From positions 1-55,521 of the forward strand of contig JBKHBQ010000001.1 in NCBI GenBank assembly GCA_046542305.1: DNA of 55,521 nucleotides, written 5' to 3'. Shown piece after piece: positions 8,236 to 17,221 of this stretch (position 1 is its first letter; each line of letters starts with the position of its first letter). This stretch comes from Bacteroidales bacterium (GTDB lineage Bacteria > Bacteroidota > Bacteroidia > Bacteroidales > 4484-276). The position numbers and the translations under genes are program-made. Below the pieces are notes generated by a model. That model had not been told where the DNA came from. It saw nothing but the letters and a program-made list of their open reading frames with translations, and ran no database searches.

Positions 8236-9189
8236 ATGAAACTGAAAAATAAAGGAGATAAGCCCACAAGGACGGGATTTGGCGAAGGCGTGAAAGATGC
8301 TGCCGGGCTGAACAAAAATGTGGTGGGCATCGGTGCCGACATCACCTCGTCGGTGAGCATGAACCTGTTTGCCGAAGCTTTTCCCGGTCGGTTCATTTCG
8401 CTTGGCATTGCCGAACAGAATTGCATGGCAGTGTCGGCCGGACTGGGACTTTCGGGTAAGATCCCCGTTTTCGCCACCTATGCAGTGTTTTCTGCCATGC
8501 GCACTACCGACCAGAGCCGTATATCGGTTTGCTATAACGATGTGCACGTGGTGATCGGCGGCGCACATGCGGGCATTTCTGTCGGGCCCGACGGAGCTAC
8601 CCATCAGGCTCTCGAAGATATTGCCATCATGCGGGTGATGCCCAACATGACAGTGCTTTCGCCCTGCGATGCAACCCAGGCCCGGCAACTTACATGCAAA
8701 GCCATCCTTGATCTTCCGGGACCGGTATATATTCGGTTTGGCCGCGAAGCCGTGCCTGATTTTATTCCGGAGGATTGGGATACCGAAATCGGAAAGGCGC
8801 AGACCCTCCGCGAGGGCCGTGATCTGGCGATTATCGCTACCGGGCATATGGTTTGGGAAGCGCTTCAGGCTGCCGGCATCCTTGCCGGTAACGGCATTGA
8901 CGCCCGCGTGATTAATATCCACACCATCAAACCCATCGACGAACAGGCCATCGTGGCTGCAGCAAGAGAAACCGGTGCGATCCTGACGGTGGAGGAGCAC
9001 CAGGTGGCCGCAGGCTTCGGAAGCGCCGTAGCTGAAGTAGTGGTAAAAAACTATCCGGTGCCGGTGGATATGGTAGGGATGAACGACAGCTTCGGCGAAT
9101 CGGGGCAACCGGCAGAACTCATGGAAAAATACGGACTGACGGCAGCAAACATCGCCGGCAGGGCCAAAAACCTGTTACGCCGCAAATGA
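8236..9189 (+). CDS. Transketolase, C-terminal (pyrimidine-binding plus C-terminal domain) subunit, pair 1
   Basis: 317 aa. Motifs include GIAEQN, THQALEDIAIMR and FGESG. It starts 3 nt after the N subunit stop. Confidence 0.9.
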   Translation: MKLKNKGDKPTRTGFGEGVKDAAGLNKNVVGIGADITSSVSMNLFAEAFPGRFISLGIAEQNCMAVSAGLGLSGKIPVFATYAVFSAMRTTDQSRISVCYNDVHVVIGGAHAGISVGPDGATHQALEDIAIMRVMPNMTVLSPCDATQARQLTCKAILDLPGPVYIRFGREAVPDFIPEDWDTEIGKAQTLREGRDLAIIATGHMVWEALQAAGILAGNGIDARVINIHTIKPIDEQAIVAAARETGAILTVEEHQVAAGFGSAVAEVVVKNYPVPVDMVGMNDSFGESGQPAELMEKYGLTAANIAGRAKNLLRRK

Positions 9190-9593
9190 TCGACGTTACC
9201 TGTGCTATCATTATCTGGAACGGAAAAATCCTCGCCACGCTCAGGGCCCGCGGCATGCACCTCGAAGGGCACTGGGAGTTTCCCGGCGGCAAGATCGAAA
9301 CCGGCGAAACTGCCGAAGCATGTATCAGCCGGGAGATCCTCGAGGAACTGAATATCCGGATTCGTGTAATCAGATCAATGCAGCCCGTGGAACACCATTA
9401 CCCCAATAAAGCGATCCGGCTGATTCCTTTTGTATGTGAAATCGTTTCGGGAAAGATCCAACTGGCCGAACATTCGGAATTCAGATGGCTGGACGAAAAT
9501 GAAATCCATGAAATGAACTGGGCTGCGGCAGACCGGAAGGTAGTGGAAGGATTGATAAATATGGATGTGAAAGATAAAAACCAGGAGTGTTGA
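9186..9593 (+). CDS. NUDIX hydrolase, MutT-like (deoxy)nucleoside triphosphate pyrophosphohydrolase
   Basis: 135 aa with the Nudix box GGKIETGETAEACISREILEELN. Its start shares an ATGA overlap with the preceding stop. Confidence 0.85.
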   Translation: MIDVTCAIIIWNGKILATLRARGMHLEGHWEFPGGKIETGETAEACISREILEELNIRIRVIRSMQPVEHHYPNKAIRLIPFVCEIVSGKIQLAEHSEFRWLDENEIHEMNWAAADRKVVEGLINMDVKDKNQEC

Positions 9594-9604
9594 TTTATGA
9601 AAAC

Positions 9605-10789
9605 TTATTCCACATACACCACAAGTCCTTTCAGGTACTCACCTTCGGGGTGGTAGATATTTACCGGGTGATCGGGCGGCTGGTCGAGCTGGAAAAGGAT
9701 GCGTGCACTGCGCCCGGTGGCGGCAGCGGCAGAAAATACGGCTTTCCTGAAATCCTCCTTCGAAACCACCTGCGAGCAGGAATAGGTGAACAGCAATCCG
9801 CCCCGGGTGAGCCTGCGGAAGGCAGCTTCGTTGATGCGGCGGTAGGCTTTCAGTGCGTTCGAAAGTGCAGCCTGATGCTTGGCAAAGGCCGGCGGATCGA
9901 GGACGATCAGGTCATAACTTTCAGTTGATTGTTTAAAAAATCCAAAGGCGTCCATGGCGAAAAAACGGTGGGCGGGATTTTCACCAAAATTCAACTGCAT
10001 GTTTTTTCGGGCCAGCGCAATGGCTTTGTCAGATGCATCCACGCTGTCGACCAGCACGGCGCCTCCGGCAGCGGCATACACCGAAAATCCGCCGGTATAC
10101 GAAAAAACATTGGCTACTTTTCTGCCTTTTGCACATTGACCTACCAGTCTGCGGCTTTCGCGCTGGTCGATAAAGAAGCCGGTTTTTTGTCCTTCACGAA
10201 AATCCACTTCAAAGGTATGGCCGTATTCCGACACCACTGCGTTTCCGGATTCACCAACCAGAAAATTGGAGGTATTCACTGCTTCGGCTTCATTCAGCGT
10301 GGACTCGCTTTTATCGTACACGGCATGCACGCGGTCTTCCAGCAACTCACTTACTATGGAAGCAAACATTTCCCTGTGCCTCCACATCCCTACCGAATGT
10401 GCCTGCAGCACCACCACGCCATTGTAGTAGTCCATGATCAGCCCCGGAAACCGGTCGCCTTCACCATGAATCAACCGGAACGTATTGGTTTGTGGATCAT
10501 CAAAAAAACCAAGGTTTTTCCGCATGGCAAAGGCCCGTTCAAATCCCGATCTCCAGAATTCCCTGCCAGCATCAGTTTGTTCGAAGGAGAACAGCCGGAC
10601 CATGATCGATCCGTTCTGGATATGCCCCGTAGCAAGGTATTCGTCATTCGCGGAATATACTTCCACCACATCGCCTTCTTCAGGTTTTCCGGTGATGGAT
10701 TTGATGGCACCCGAAAACACCCACAGGTGATAACGCTGCAGCGACCTCTCCCGCCCGGATTTCAGAACGACTTTTGGAAATTGTTTCAT
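9605..10789 (-). CDS. rlmI: Class I SAM-dependent 23S rRNA (cytosine-C5) methyltransferase, RlmI family
   Basis: 394 aa with a PUA-like N-terminus (VLKSGRERSLQRYHLWVFSGAI) and the motif VLDPPAFAK. Confidence 0.8.
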   Translation of the reverse strand: MKQFPKVVLKSGRERSLQRYHLWVFSGAIKSITGKPEEGDVVEVYSANDEYLATGHIQNGSIMVRLFSFEQTDAGREFWRSGFERAFAMRKNLGFFDDPQTNTFRLIHGEGDRFPGLIMDYYNGVVVLQAHSVGMWRHREMFASIVSELLEDRVHAVYDKSESTLNEAEAVNTSNFLVGESGNAVVSEYGHTFEVDFREGQKTGFFIDQRESRRLVGQCAKGRKVANVFSYTGGFSVYAAAGGAVLVDSVDASDKAIALARKNMQLNFGENPAHRFFAMDAFGFFKQSTESYDLIVLDPPAFAKHQAALSNALKAYRRINEAAFRRLTRGGLLFTYSCSQVVSKEDFRKAVFSAAAATGRSARILFQLDQPPDHPVNIYHPEGEYLKGLVVYVE

Positions 10790-10801
10790 TGTGTCGATTG
10801 T

Positions 10802-10809
10802 TATTTTTG
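10802..10809 (+). promoter_or_regulatory. -7 promoter element (TATTTTTG) for trmO
   Basis: 24 nt upstream of ATG 10833. Confidence 0.45.
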
Positions 10810-10832
10810 CAAAGTAACGGAATTTCTATACC

Positions 10833-11307
10833 ATGAAAATTGAATACACACCGATCGGCATCCTTTTTACGCCTTTTAATAACACTGACCAGATGCCCAT
10901 CCAGCCATTCCTGGAGCAATGCCACAGAAGGGTATGCGGAAATTTTATCTGAATTTATCCCTGGTTTGCAGGATCTTGGCGGTTTTTCGCACGTGATCCT
11001 GATCTATCATTTTCACAGGCAACAAAATATGAAACTCGGGGTAACGCCGTTTCTGAACGACAAGCCGCATAGTGTGTTTGCCACGCGCGCACCTTCGAGG
11101 CCCAATGCCATCGGGCTGTCTGTAGTTAAACTGAACAGGATCGAAGGCAACAGGATTTATATTGATAATCCGGATATGCTTAATGAAACGCCGTTGCTGG
11201 ACATAAAACCTTACGTTCCGCAATTCGACAGCTTTACCGATGCAGAAGCAGGTTGGCTTACCAGCAAAAATCCGGACAAGACCCGCTCAGACAACAGATT
11301 CGCCTGA
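10833..11307 (+). pseudogene. trmO: tRNA (t6A37-N6)-methyltransferase TrmO/TsaA with a +1 frameshift near 10907-10925
   Basis: The frame of ATG 10833 gives the conserved N-terminus MKIEYTPIGILFTPFNNTDQMPIQP, then a stop at 10950. The rest of the family sequence (ATEGYAEILSEFIPGLQDLGGFSHVILIYHFH...DIKPYVPQFD) is in the +1 frame. Total length is 475 nt (3n+1). Confidence 0.6.
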
Positions 11308-12297
11308 AGCATTGAAGCGATCGAGAATATTGCGCACCTCTTCCCGGCTGTTGGTTTCCATGAGTTCCGCACGCAGCCTGGCAGCGCCATGGAAATTATT
11401 TGTGTAGATTTTGAAAAACCTTTTCAGCATGGCAAAATTGCGCTCCCCGCCCCAGGTATCCATAAACAGCTCCACATGCTGCCAGAGCAGGTTCAACTTG
11501 TCCTGTATGGAAACTTCAAGTTGCGGTTCATTGAAAAACCAGGGATTGTGAAAGATGCCACGCCCTATCATGACGCCGTCGGCACCGGTCCGGCTGCATT
11601 TTTCGACGCCGTCGGGAACACTCCACACATCGCCATTGCCAAGCACGGGGATATTTTTTCCGGAAGCATTGCGAAGTTCAACGGCCTTCTTCACCTCATC
11701 CCAGTCGGCAGGCACATCCGACATATCCTTTTGGGTTCGCCCGTGCAAAGTGATTGCCGCCGGGTGCTGCGCCAACAAATGGCTGATCCATGCCTCCGTG
11801 TTGTGCTTTTTAATGCCGGTACGGGTTTTTACGCTTACCGGAACGCAGGATGCTTCTTTGGCAGCCTGAATGATTTCGGCGGCCAGCTCCGGCTTCCCGA
11901 TCAGAGCCGAACATGCGCCCTGTTTGACGATCTTTTTTACCGGACACCCCATGTTGATATCAATGCCATCGAAATCGAATTCGTTGCAGATAAGTTGGGT
12001 AGCCCGGAAAAACTTTTCCGGATTGGCGCCCCAGATCTGGGCAACGATCTTTATGCCCTTTGCGCGCAGCACCTGCCGCTCGGAGTCATTCACGCGCAGG
12101 CGGCTGATCACATTGTCCCTCCCTACCGGATGGCACAATCCATCGGTGGAAGTGAATTCGGTGAAAATCACATGAAACCAGCGTGGATCGGAAATCCGCA
12201 TCACCAGCTCACGAAAGGAGGTATCGGTAACATCCTCCATCGGCGCCAGCGTAAACATTGGCCTGTCAAGTTCTGTCCAGAAATTTTCCATCATCAT
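11287..12297 (-). CDS. dus: tRNA-dihydrouridine synthase
   Basis: Motifs include LAPMEDVTDTSFR, DINMGCP and TLHGRT. The start was trimmed from 12378 to ATG 12297 because a -7 motif sits at 12312-12319 and the upstream extension is non-homologous. Confidence 0.85.
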   Translation of the reverse strand: MMMENFWTELDRPMFTLAPMEDVTDTSFRELVMRISDPRWFHVIFTEFTSTDGLCHPVGRDNVISRLRVNDSERQVLRAKGIKIVAQIWGANPEKFFRATQLICNEFDFDGIDINMGCPVKKIVKQGACSALIGKPELAAEIIQAAKEASCVPVSVKTRTGIKKHNTEAWISHLLAQHPAAITLHGRTQKDMSDVPADWDEVKKAVELRNASGKNIPVLGNGDVWSVPDGVEKCSRTGADGVMIGRGIFHNPWFFNEPQLEVSIQDKLNLLWQHVELFMDTWGGERNFAMLKRFFKIYTNNFHGAARLRAELMETNSREEVRNILDRFNASGESVV

Positions 12298-12311
12298 CTT
12301 GAAAACGGCTG

Positions 12312-12319
12312 CAAACATA
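12312..12319 (-). promoter_or_regulatory. -7 promoter element (TATGTTTG) for dus
   Basis: The minus strand reads TATGTTTG, 14-20 nt upstream of the ATG cluster MMME. Confidence 0.35.
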
Positions 12320-12331
12320 AGACATTTCCAT

Positions 12332-12349
12332 TTGTCCGTTAACGGACAA
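12332..12349. promoter_or_regulatory. Perfect 18-bp palindrome TTGTCCGTTAACGGACAA
   Basis: Read directly. It is self-complementary over all 18 nt and sits just upstream of the dus -7 motif. Confidence 0.5.
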
Positions 12350-12519
12350 GTAAGCATGCGCATCCGGACAGCCCACAAATGAAGCGACGTCTATTCCCTC
12401 CCTAATTATCATGATATCAAAGGAAAACAAATAACGGCACACCAATTGAGGTGGCAGATTATAACAACAATATTATTTCGCTCAAGCGTTTTTTTTCATG
12501 GATTTTTTTTGACTGCTGA

Positions 12520-12556
12520 ATAGCCGCACGGCCCATCCTGCCGGCGGCTATTTTTT
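12520..12556 (+). terminator. Strong intrinsic terminator with no upstream + strand gene (orphan; sRNA end or leader attenuator)
   Basis: ATAGCCGC-A-CGGC, 7-nt loop, GCCG-GCGGCTAT (12 bp with one bulge), followed by TTTTTT. It lies 84 nt upstream of ATG 12640. Confidence 0.65.
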
Positions 12557-12639
12557 GTGCTTTTTCATGACATCCCTGTAAACATCATGCCCCAAAAACA
12601 TTTCAGCAGTTTGCTTGTTGTAAAGAAAAACTAAATCGT

Positions 12640-12993
12640 ATGAAACCATATCAGGCAAATCTTTACTATGGCATATTGCTGATTGTACTTAGTGTGTGGA
12701 GCTATTTTGCTTCTGAATCACCGTCGCTCACGGCTTTTATTCCGGCAGGATTCGGGATAATTTTTCTTGCCCTTACCTCACCCATGAAAAAAGGCAGCAA
12801 AACTATAGCGCATTTGGCCGCCGGATTAACCTTTCTTTTGATCTTCGCCCTGGTAAAGCCGCTGCTTGGCGCCCTCGAACGCGATGATACCATGGCCATC
12901 GCCCGCGTGATGGTGTTGATTGCCGGCGGCATTTTCGTATTCGGTGTGTATGTGAACAACTTTATCCAAATCAGGAAAACAAAAAGAGGCTGA
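12640..12993 (+). CDS. Small 4-TM membrane protein (TMEM14-like?), function unknown
   Basis: 117 aa with four hydrophobic segments. YYGILLIVLSVWSYFASESPSL resembles the TMEM14/UPF0136 pattern, which is a weak match. Confidence 0.55.
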   Translation: MKPYQANLYYGILLIVLSVWSYFASESPSLTAFIPAGFGIIFLALTSPMKKGSKTIAHLAAGLTFLLIFALVKPLLGALERDDTMAIARVMVLIAGGIFVFGVYVNNFIQIRKTKRG

Positions 12994-13036
12994 CCAGACT
13001 GAAATATTGTTTCCGGTACAATAACTGATAAATCGC

Positions 13037-13072
13037 AAACCCGGCAGGTTTTTCGGAAACCTGCCGGGTTTT
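13037..13072. terminator. Bidirectional intrinsic terminator
   Basis: A 15-bp perfect stem, AAACCCGGCAGGTTT / AAACCTGCCGGGTTT, with a 5-nt loop. Confidence 0.75.
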
Positions 13073-13401
13073 CTATTAACATGTTTTCCTGTAACAAAGG
13101 GCTGTTTATTCGTTAAACGCTGAAATGAGATGATATTGAAACAACAACCATTTTCCTGGGCATTCTTTTTATAACAGCATCGCCCGGCACCCAGAATATT
13201 CAGGACCTGAAAGCCGGGAATACGAGGTGCCCGTCACCATCCTCGGAACTTTTCATTTTCCTATCCCAACCTCGACAGGGTTAAAACCGAAAAAAAACAA
13301 GCAGGTAGATATGCTTTCGGAGCAGCGACAGGCTTAGCTGGCCGGACTGTTCGAAAAGCTGCTGGAATTCCGTCCGACGATGTATACAGCGAATCTAAGT
13401 A

Positions 13402-15741
13402 TTACTCGTAGCGGAGCGACATCGTCGGGTTGACTGATGCCGCACGCCAGGCGTGGAAACTTACGGTAACAAATGCGATGAGGAAGGCCGTAAGCGCCGC
13501 CAGCAGAAACATCCAGAGTTGCGGATTGACATGGTAGGCAAACCTTTCGAGCCAGTCGCTCATGATCAGGAGGGCTACCGGCCATGCGATGATGTTGGCC
13601 ACTGCCACCCAAATCAGAAATTCCTTTACCATCCGGCCGACGATGGCGGTGCGTGAAGCGCCAAAAACTTTCCGAACGCCGATCTCCCGGGTACGCTGGC
13701 GCGCCGAGAACAATGCCAGTCCGGCCAGTCCGATGCCCGCAATAAAAACCGCAAGCAGTGAAAAATACCCAAACAGTTTGGCCAGCCGCTCCTCTGTGCG
13801 GTACAACCTGTCGAAAGCCTGATCCAGAAACGTGTATTCAAAAGGAAAACCGGCAGCATACTCGCCCCAGACCTCTTCGATCTTATCCATGGTTTCAGGG
13901 ATGTTGTTGGCATTGAGGCGAACACTCACCTGATTGCACCAGGAAGGGACATAGGCCAGCGCCAGCGGCAGAATAGGAGAATGCACCGAACGGAATGAAA
14001 AATCACGTACCACACCCACAATTTTTCCGTCGGCCAGGGTGGTGCCGACCGGGTTTTTCAGGTCGAAATCCTTTACGAAAGTTTCATTTACGATGTACGC
14101 CTTATGGATATCGCTTTGTGCATCTTTATAAAAATTTCTGCCTTCGATCAGTTCAAGCCCGAGCAAATCGACATACTCCGGCAGGCAGGTAATGGCGTAA
14201 AACCGCCTCGCAACCGTATCCACGGTTCTGCCCCAGTTCATGCCTGCGTATCCGGGCACATGCGATGATGCCGATACGAATTGCACTTCGGGAATAGATT
14301 TAAGGCTAGCCGTGAAAGCATCGAAATTCTTCGGTATATCACCCTGGCCATAAAAATAAACTACATGTTCCTTATTAAAACCCACATCGACATTTCGGGC
14401 AAATTGCATCTGCGAAAAGATCACAATGGTGGCGATGATCAGTATGATCGAAACCGTAAACTGAAATATGATAAGCCCGTGGCGCAAAGTGAGACCTTTT
14501 CTGCCCTTATGGCTTTCGCCCTTCAGAATGAATGCCGGCTGGAATTTTGTGAGATAAAATGCCGGGTACAGTCCGGCGAGGACTCCCACTATCACAGAAA
14601 ATCCGATGGCTGTAAGCAGCACCGGAAAATTAAACAATGCCGAAGATGTAAGGTTGGCCAGGATGGCACGGTTGAATACCGGCACCAGCAACTCGAACAA
14701 AAGCGCAGCAAACAAAAACGAAAACAGGCTGATCAGTACCGATTCAACCAGAAACTGGCGCATCAGCAGTTTGCGGCTGGCGCCAATCACCTTTTTCAGC
14801 CCCACTTCCCTGCACCGGCGCGAGGCGGTGGCCGTTGCCAGATTGATGAAATTTATGACAGCGATCAATAAAATAAAAATGCCAACTGCCGAATAAATAT
14901 AGACGTAGTTTATCGAACCGTGCTGTAACCGGTCGTATCCTTTTCCCGAATGGAAATAAACATCCTTAAGTGGCATGAGCAAAAAATTTATTGTAAAATC
15001 ATCACGTCCCACCATGGCATGAATTTCATTGTTGAGATGCTGATTAAGCTTTAAACTTACCTCATCTATCTCGAGATGGTCGCTTAGCAATACAAATGTT
15101 TGATGGCTCCAGTCGTTGTAATCTTCAAGATACTTCGGATTGCCGTTCATCTGAGGCAACATTTCGATATTGCCAACCATATTTCCCCAAATGGACGAAT
15201 TGGAGGGAAAATCTTTCATGATGCCGGTGACGGTAAAGGTATTTTTATGGTTAAAACGGAGGGATTTTCCAATGGGATCTTCGTCCTGAAAAATCTTTTC
15301 AGCTTCACTTTCGCTTAACACCAGCGAATGAGGCAGGTCGAGCACACTGGCAGGATCGCCTCTAAGCAGTTTAAAACTGAAGATTTCGAAGAAAGTGCTG
15401 TCGGCAAGCAGGAGCCCGGAGGTGCTTACCTGCCGGTCATCATAATTAATCAGTGCCGACGACTCGCTGTAAGTAAACCGGCACAGCTCTTCAATTTCCG
15501 GGATGGTTGTTCCGGTCAGCTTTTTTAATAGCATCGGGGTGGCTGAGAATTGATCGGTTTCGATGCGATAAATATTTTCAATATTTTCATGAAACCGGTC
15601 GGCGGTAACCTCTTCCTTAACATAAAGTGCAATAAGAAAGAAAATGGCCATTCCTATGGACAAGCCGAGAACATTGATTAAGGTATAGCCCTTATTTTTC
15701 ATAAAACTGCGAAGGGCAATTTTCACGTGTGCAAGTACCAT
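13402..15741 (-). CDS. ABC transporter permease, FtsX/MacB-like (two FtsX domains), no adjacent ATPase
   Basis: 779 aa. The start MVLAHVKIALRSFMKNKGYTLINVLGLSIGMA is typical of Bacteroidota FtsX-family permeases. It has 8-10 TM segments and two large periplasmic domains. Confidence 0.85.
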   Translation of the reverse strand: MVLAHVKIALRSFMKNKGYTLINVLGLSIGMAIFFLIALYVKEEVTADRFHENIENIYRIETDQFSATPMLLKKLTGTTIPEIEELCRFTYSESSALINYDDRQVSTSGLLLADSTFFEIFSFKLLRGDPASVLDLPHSLVLSESEAEKIFQDEDPIGKSLRFNHKNTFTVTGIMKDFPSNSSIWGNMVGNIEMLPQMNGNPKYLEDYNDWSHQTFVLLSDHLEIDEVSLKLNQHLNNEIHAMVGRDDFTINFLLMPLKDVYFHSGKGYDRLQHGSINYVYIYSAVGIFILLIAVINFINLATATASRRCREVGLKKVIGASRKLLMRQFLVESVLISLFSFLFAALLFELLVPVFNRAILANLTSSALFNFPVLLTAIGFSVIVGVLAGLYPAFYLTKFQPAFILKGESHKGRKGLTLRHGLIIFQFTVSIILIIATIVIFSQMQFARNVDVGFNKEHVVYFYGQGDIPKNFDAFTASLKSIPEVQFVSASSHVPGYAGMNWGRTVDTVARRFYAITCLPEYVDLLGLELIEGRNFYKDAQSDIHKAYIVNETFVKDFDLKNPVGTTLADGKIVGVVRDFSFRSVHSPILPLALAYVPSWCNQVSVRLNANNIPETMDKIEEVWGEYAAGFPFEYTFLDQAFDRLYRTEERLAKLFGYFSLLAVFIAGIGLAGLALFSARQRTREIGVRKVFGASRTAIVGRMVKEFLIWVAVANIIAWPVALLIMSDWLERFAYHVNPQLWMFLLAALTAFLIAFVTVSFHAWRAASVNPTMSLRYE

Positions 15742-15910
15742 GATCAGTAGGTTTTATATTTAAATCATCATCACGGTACTGCATATTCACACATCGTGCC
15801 AATCAAGATAAGAATTATATATTCAGAAAGTTAGGATGCATAACTGAAAGCCGTACAAGGCATGAATTGTCCGCAGGCAAACAGCAATGTCCGATTCCGT
15901 TCATAACAGT

Positions 15911-16387
15911 CTATGAATAAAACGCATCGGGGCCGGGATATAAAAACCGCTCCCGGGCAATTTCGTCAGGAAAGGTAAAATACTGCACCAACCCCACCGC
16001 GCAAAGCTTATCCTCATGATCGAACAATTCCACCTGGATATCGGCAAGGTTGCGCTTCTGTTCCTTCAGCCGGGCCCTCAGGCTTATTTCGCCCTTGTTG
16101 GTATATACCGGCTTTTTATACCTGACCTCCAGCCGCGAGGTAAGTCCGGCGGTTTTCAGCTTTGCATACACAAACCAGCTTGCAATTTCATCCATCAGCG
16201 TGGATTGAATGCCCCCGTGCAGCACATTGTTGTAACCCATGAAATGCTGAAGGGGTGTCCAGCGCGTGGTGATATATTCGCCTTCGTCAGTAAATTTCAG
16301 CCTCAGCCCGTTCTCATTGTCGGGCGAACAGCCAAAGCAATCATAACCGGGAAGGCCCCGGAACGGATTAAGTATCTTTTTTGTCAC
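15911..16387 (-). CDS. Hotdog-fold thioesterase (PaaI family)
   Basis: 158 aa. CFGCSPDNENGLRLKF and LHGGIQSTLMDE are typical of PaaI-like thioesterases. Confidence 0.7.
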   Translation of the reverse strand: MTKKILNPFRGLPGYDCFGCSPDNENGLRLKFTDEGEYITTRWTPLQHFMGYNNVLHGGIQSTLMDEIASWFVYAKLKTAGLTSRLEVRYKKPVYTNKGEISLRARLKEQKRNLADIQVELFDHEDKLCAVGLVQYFTFPDEIARERFLYPGPDAFYS

Positions 16388-16395
16388 GGCTGCGA

Positions 16396-17142
16396 TTATT
16401 TGGCGATTCCCTTTTTGTAGGTGATTTCCTTCAGGAGTTTACCCTGCTCGTCGTATTCTTTCCAGTCGTCGTCCTTGAGGTTTTCGCTGAATCTCCCTTC
16501 GACCTTCAACTGCCCGTTGGTATAATACTCGCGGTAGAAGCCGTTGCGGATGTTATTGGAATACTCCTCCTCCGACATCACGGTACCGTCTTCGTAAAAT
16601 GTTTTCTGAACGCCTTCAAATTTTCCATCTTCATATTTGTATTCGGCGATCATGTTTCCGGATTGATCATACCATTTGGATGAACCTTCCTTCAGCCCGT
16701 CGTTGTAATATGATTCCTCCTGCGGGCGGCCGGTGTTGTAAAAGGTTTTGCGAAGGCCATAGAGTTTGCCGTTTTCGTATTGCTCTTCCAGCACGAGTCG
16801 CGATCCGCGGTCGAAAACCCGGTGAATGCCATGGGGCAAACCTTCTCTGAAATATTGCTCCGAGATATAAAAACCTCGTTTATCTATTTCCATGGACAAT
16901 CCGTCCAGTTTATCTGCTTTGTAATTTCTCACATAGTTGATCACATCATTGGGATGATAATGCACAAAGGTTCCTTCCCGTTTACCATCAACATAATGCC
17001 CCGAGATTTTGGCACGGCCTTCATTTATTTCCCAGTATCCCTGTTTCAGTCCGTTGGCATCGGTTTGGTTTATTTCGCTTTGCGCGAAAAGATTCATTGC
17101 GGTTAAGCTCACAAGCAAAAAAGCGGCGATAATTTTTTTCAT
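16396..17142 (-). CDS. Secreted MORN-variant repeat protein (YwqK family)
   Basis: 248 aa with a signal peptide and repeated G..EG....Y..NG.... units (e.g. YYNDGLKEGSSKWYDQSGN, YEDGKFEGVQKTFYEDGT). Confidence 0.7.
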   Translation of the reverse strand: MKKIIAAFLLVSLTAMNLFAQSEINQTDANGLKQGYWEINEGRAKISGHYVDGKREGTFVHYHPNDVINYVRNYKADKLDGLSMEIDKRGFYISEQYFREGLPHGIHRVFDRGSRLVLEEQYENGKLYGLRKTFYNTGRPQEESYYNDGLKEGSSKWYDQSGNMIAEYKYEDGKFEGVQKTFYEDGTVMSEEEYSNNIRNGFYREYYTNGQLKVEGRFSENLKDDDWKEYDEQGKLLKEITYKKGIAK

Positions 17143-17221
17143 GATAAATAGCTTTTGATTTTCAGAATTCTGGCAAAATTAACAACATCCCCTGAGAAAA
17201 GCAACGGCAAGTGGAAGATCA

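Noticed and set aside
7387-9108. 573-aa ORF on the - strand
   Set aside because: It is antisense to both subunits of transketolase pair 1. It has no motifs and runs across the tktN/tktC junction, so it is a shadow ORF.
9929-12342. 304-aa and 317-aa + strand ORFs (9929-10843, 11389-12342)
   Set aside because: They are antisense to rlmI and dus respectively, both of which carry strong family motifs.
16396-17142. Toxin-antitoxin system suggested by the YwqK 'antitoxin' family name
   Set aside because: The protein has a signal peptide and only MORN-like repeats. No toxin-like partner is adjacent; the neighbours are a thioesterase and yccF. The family name is historical.
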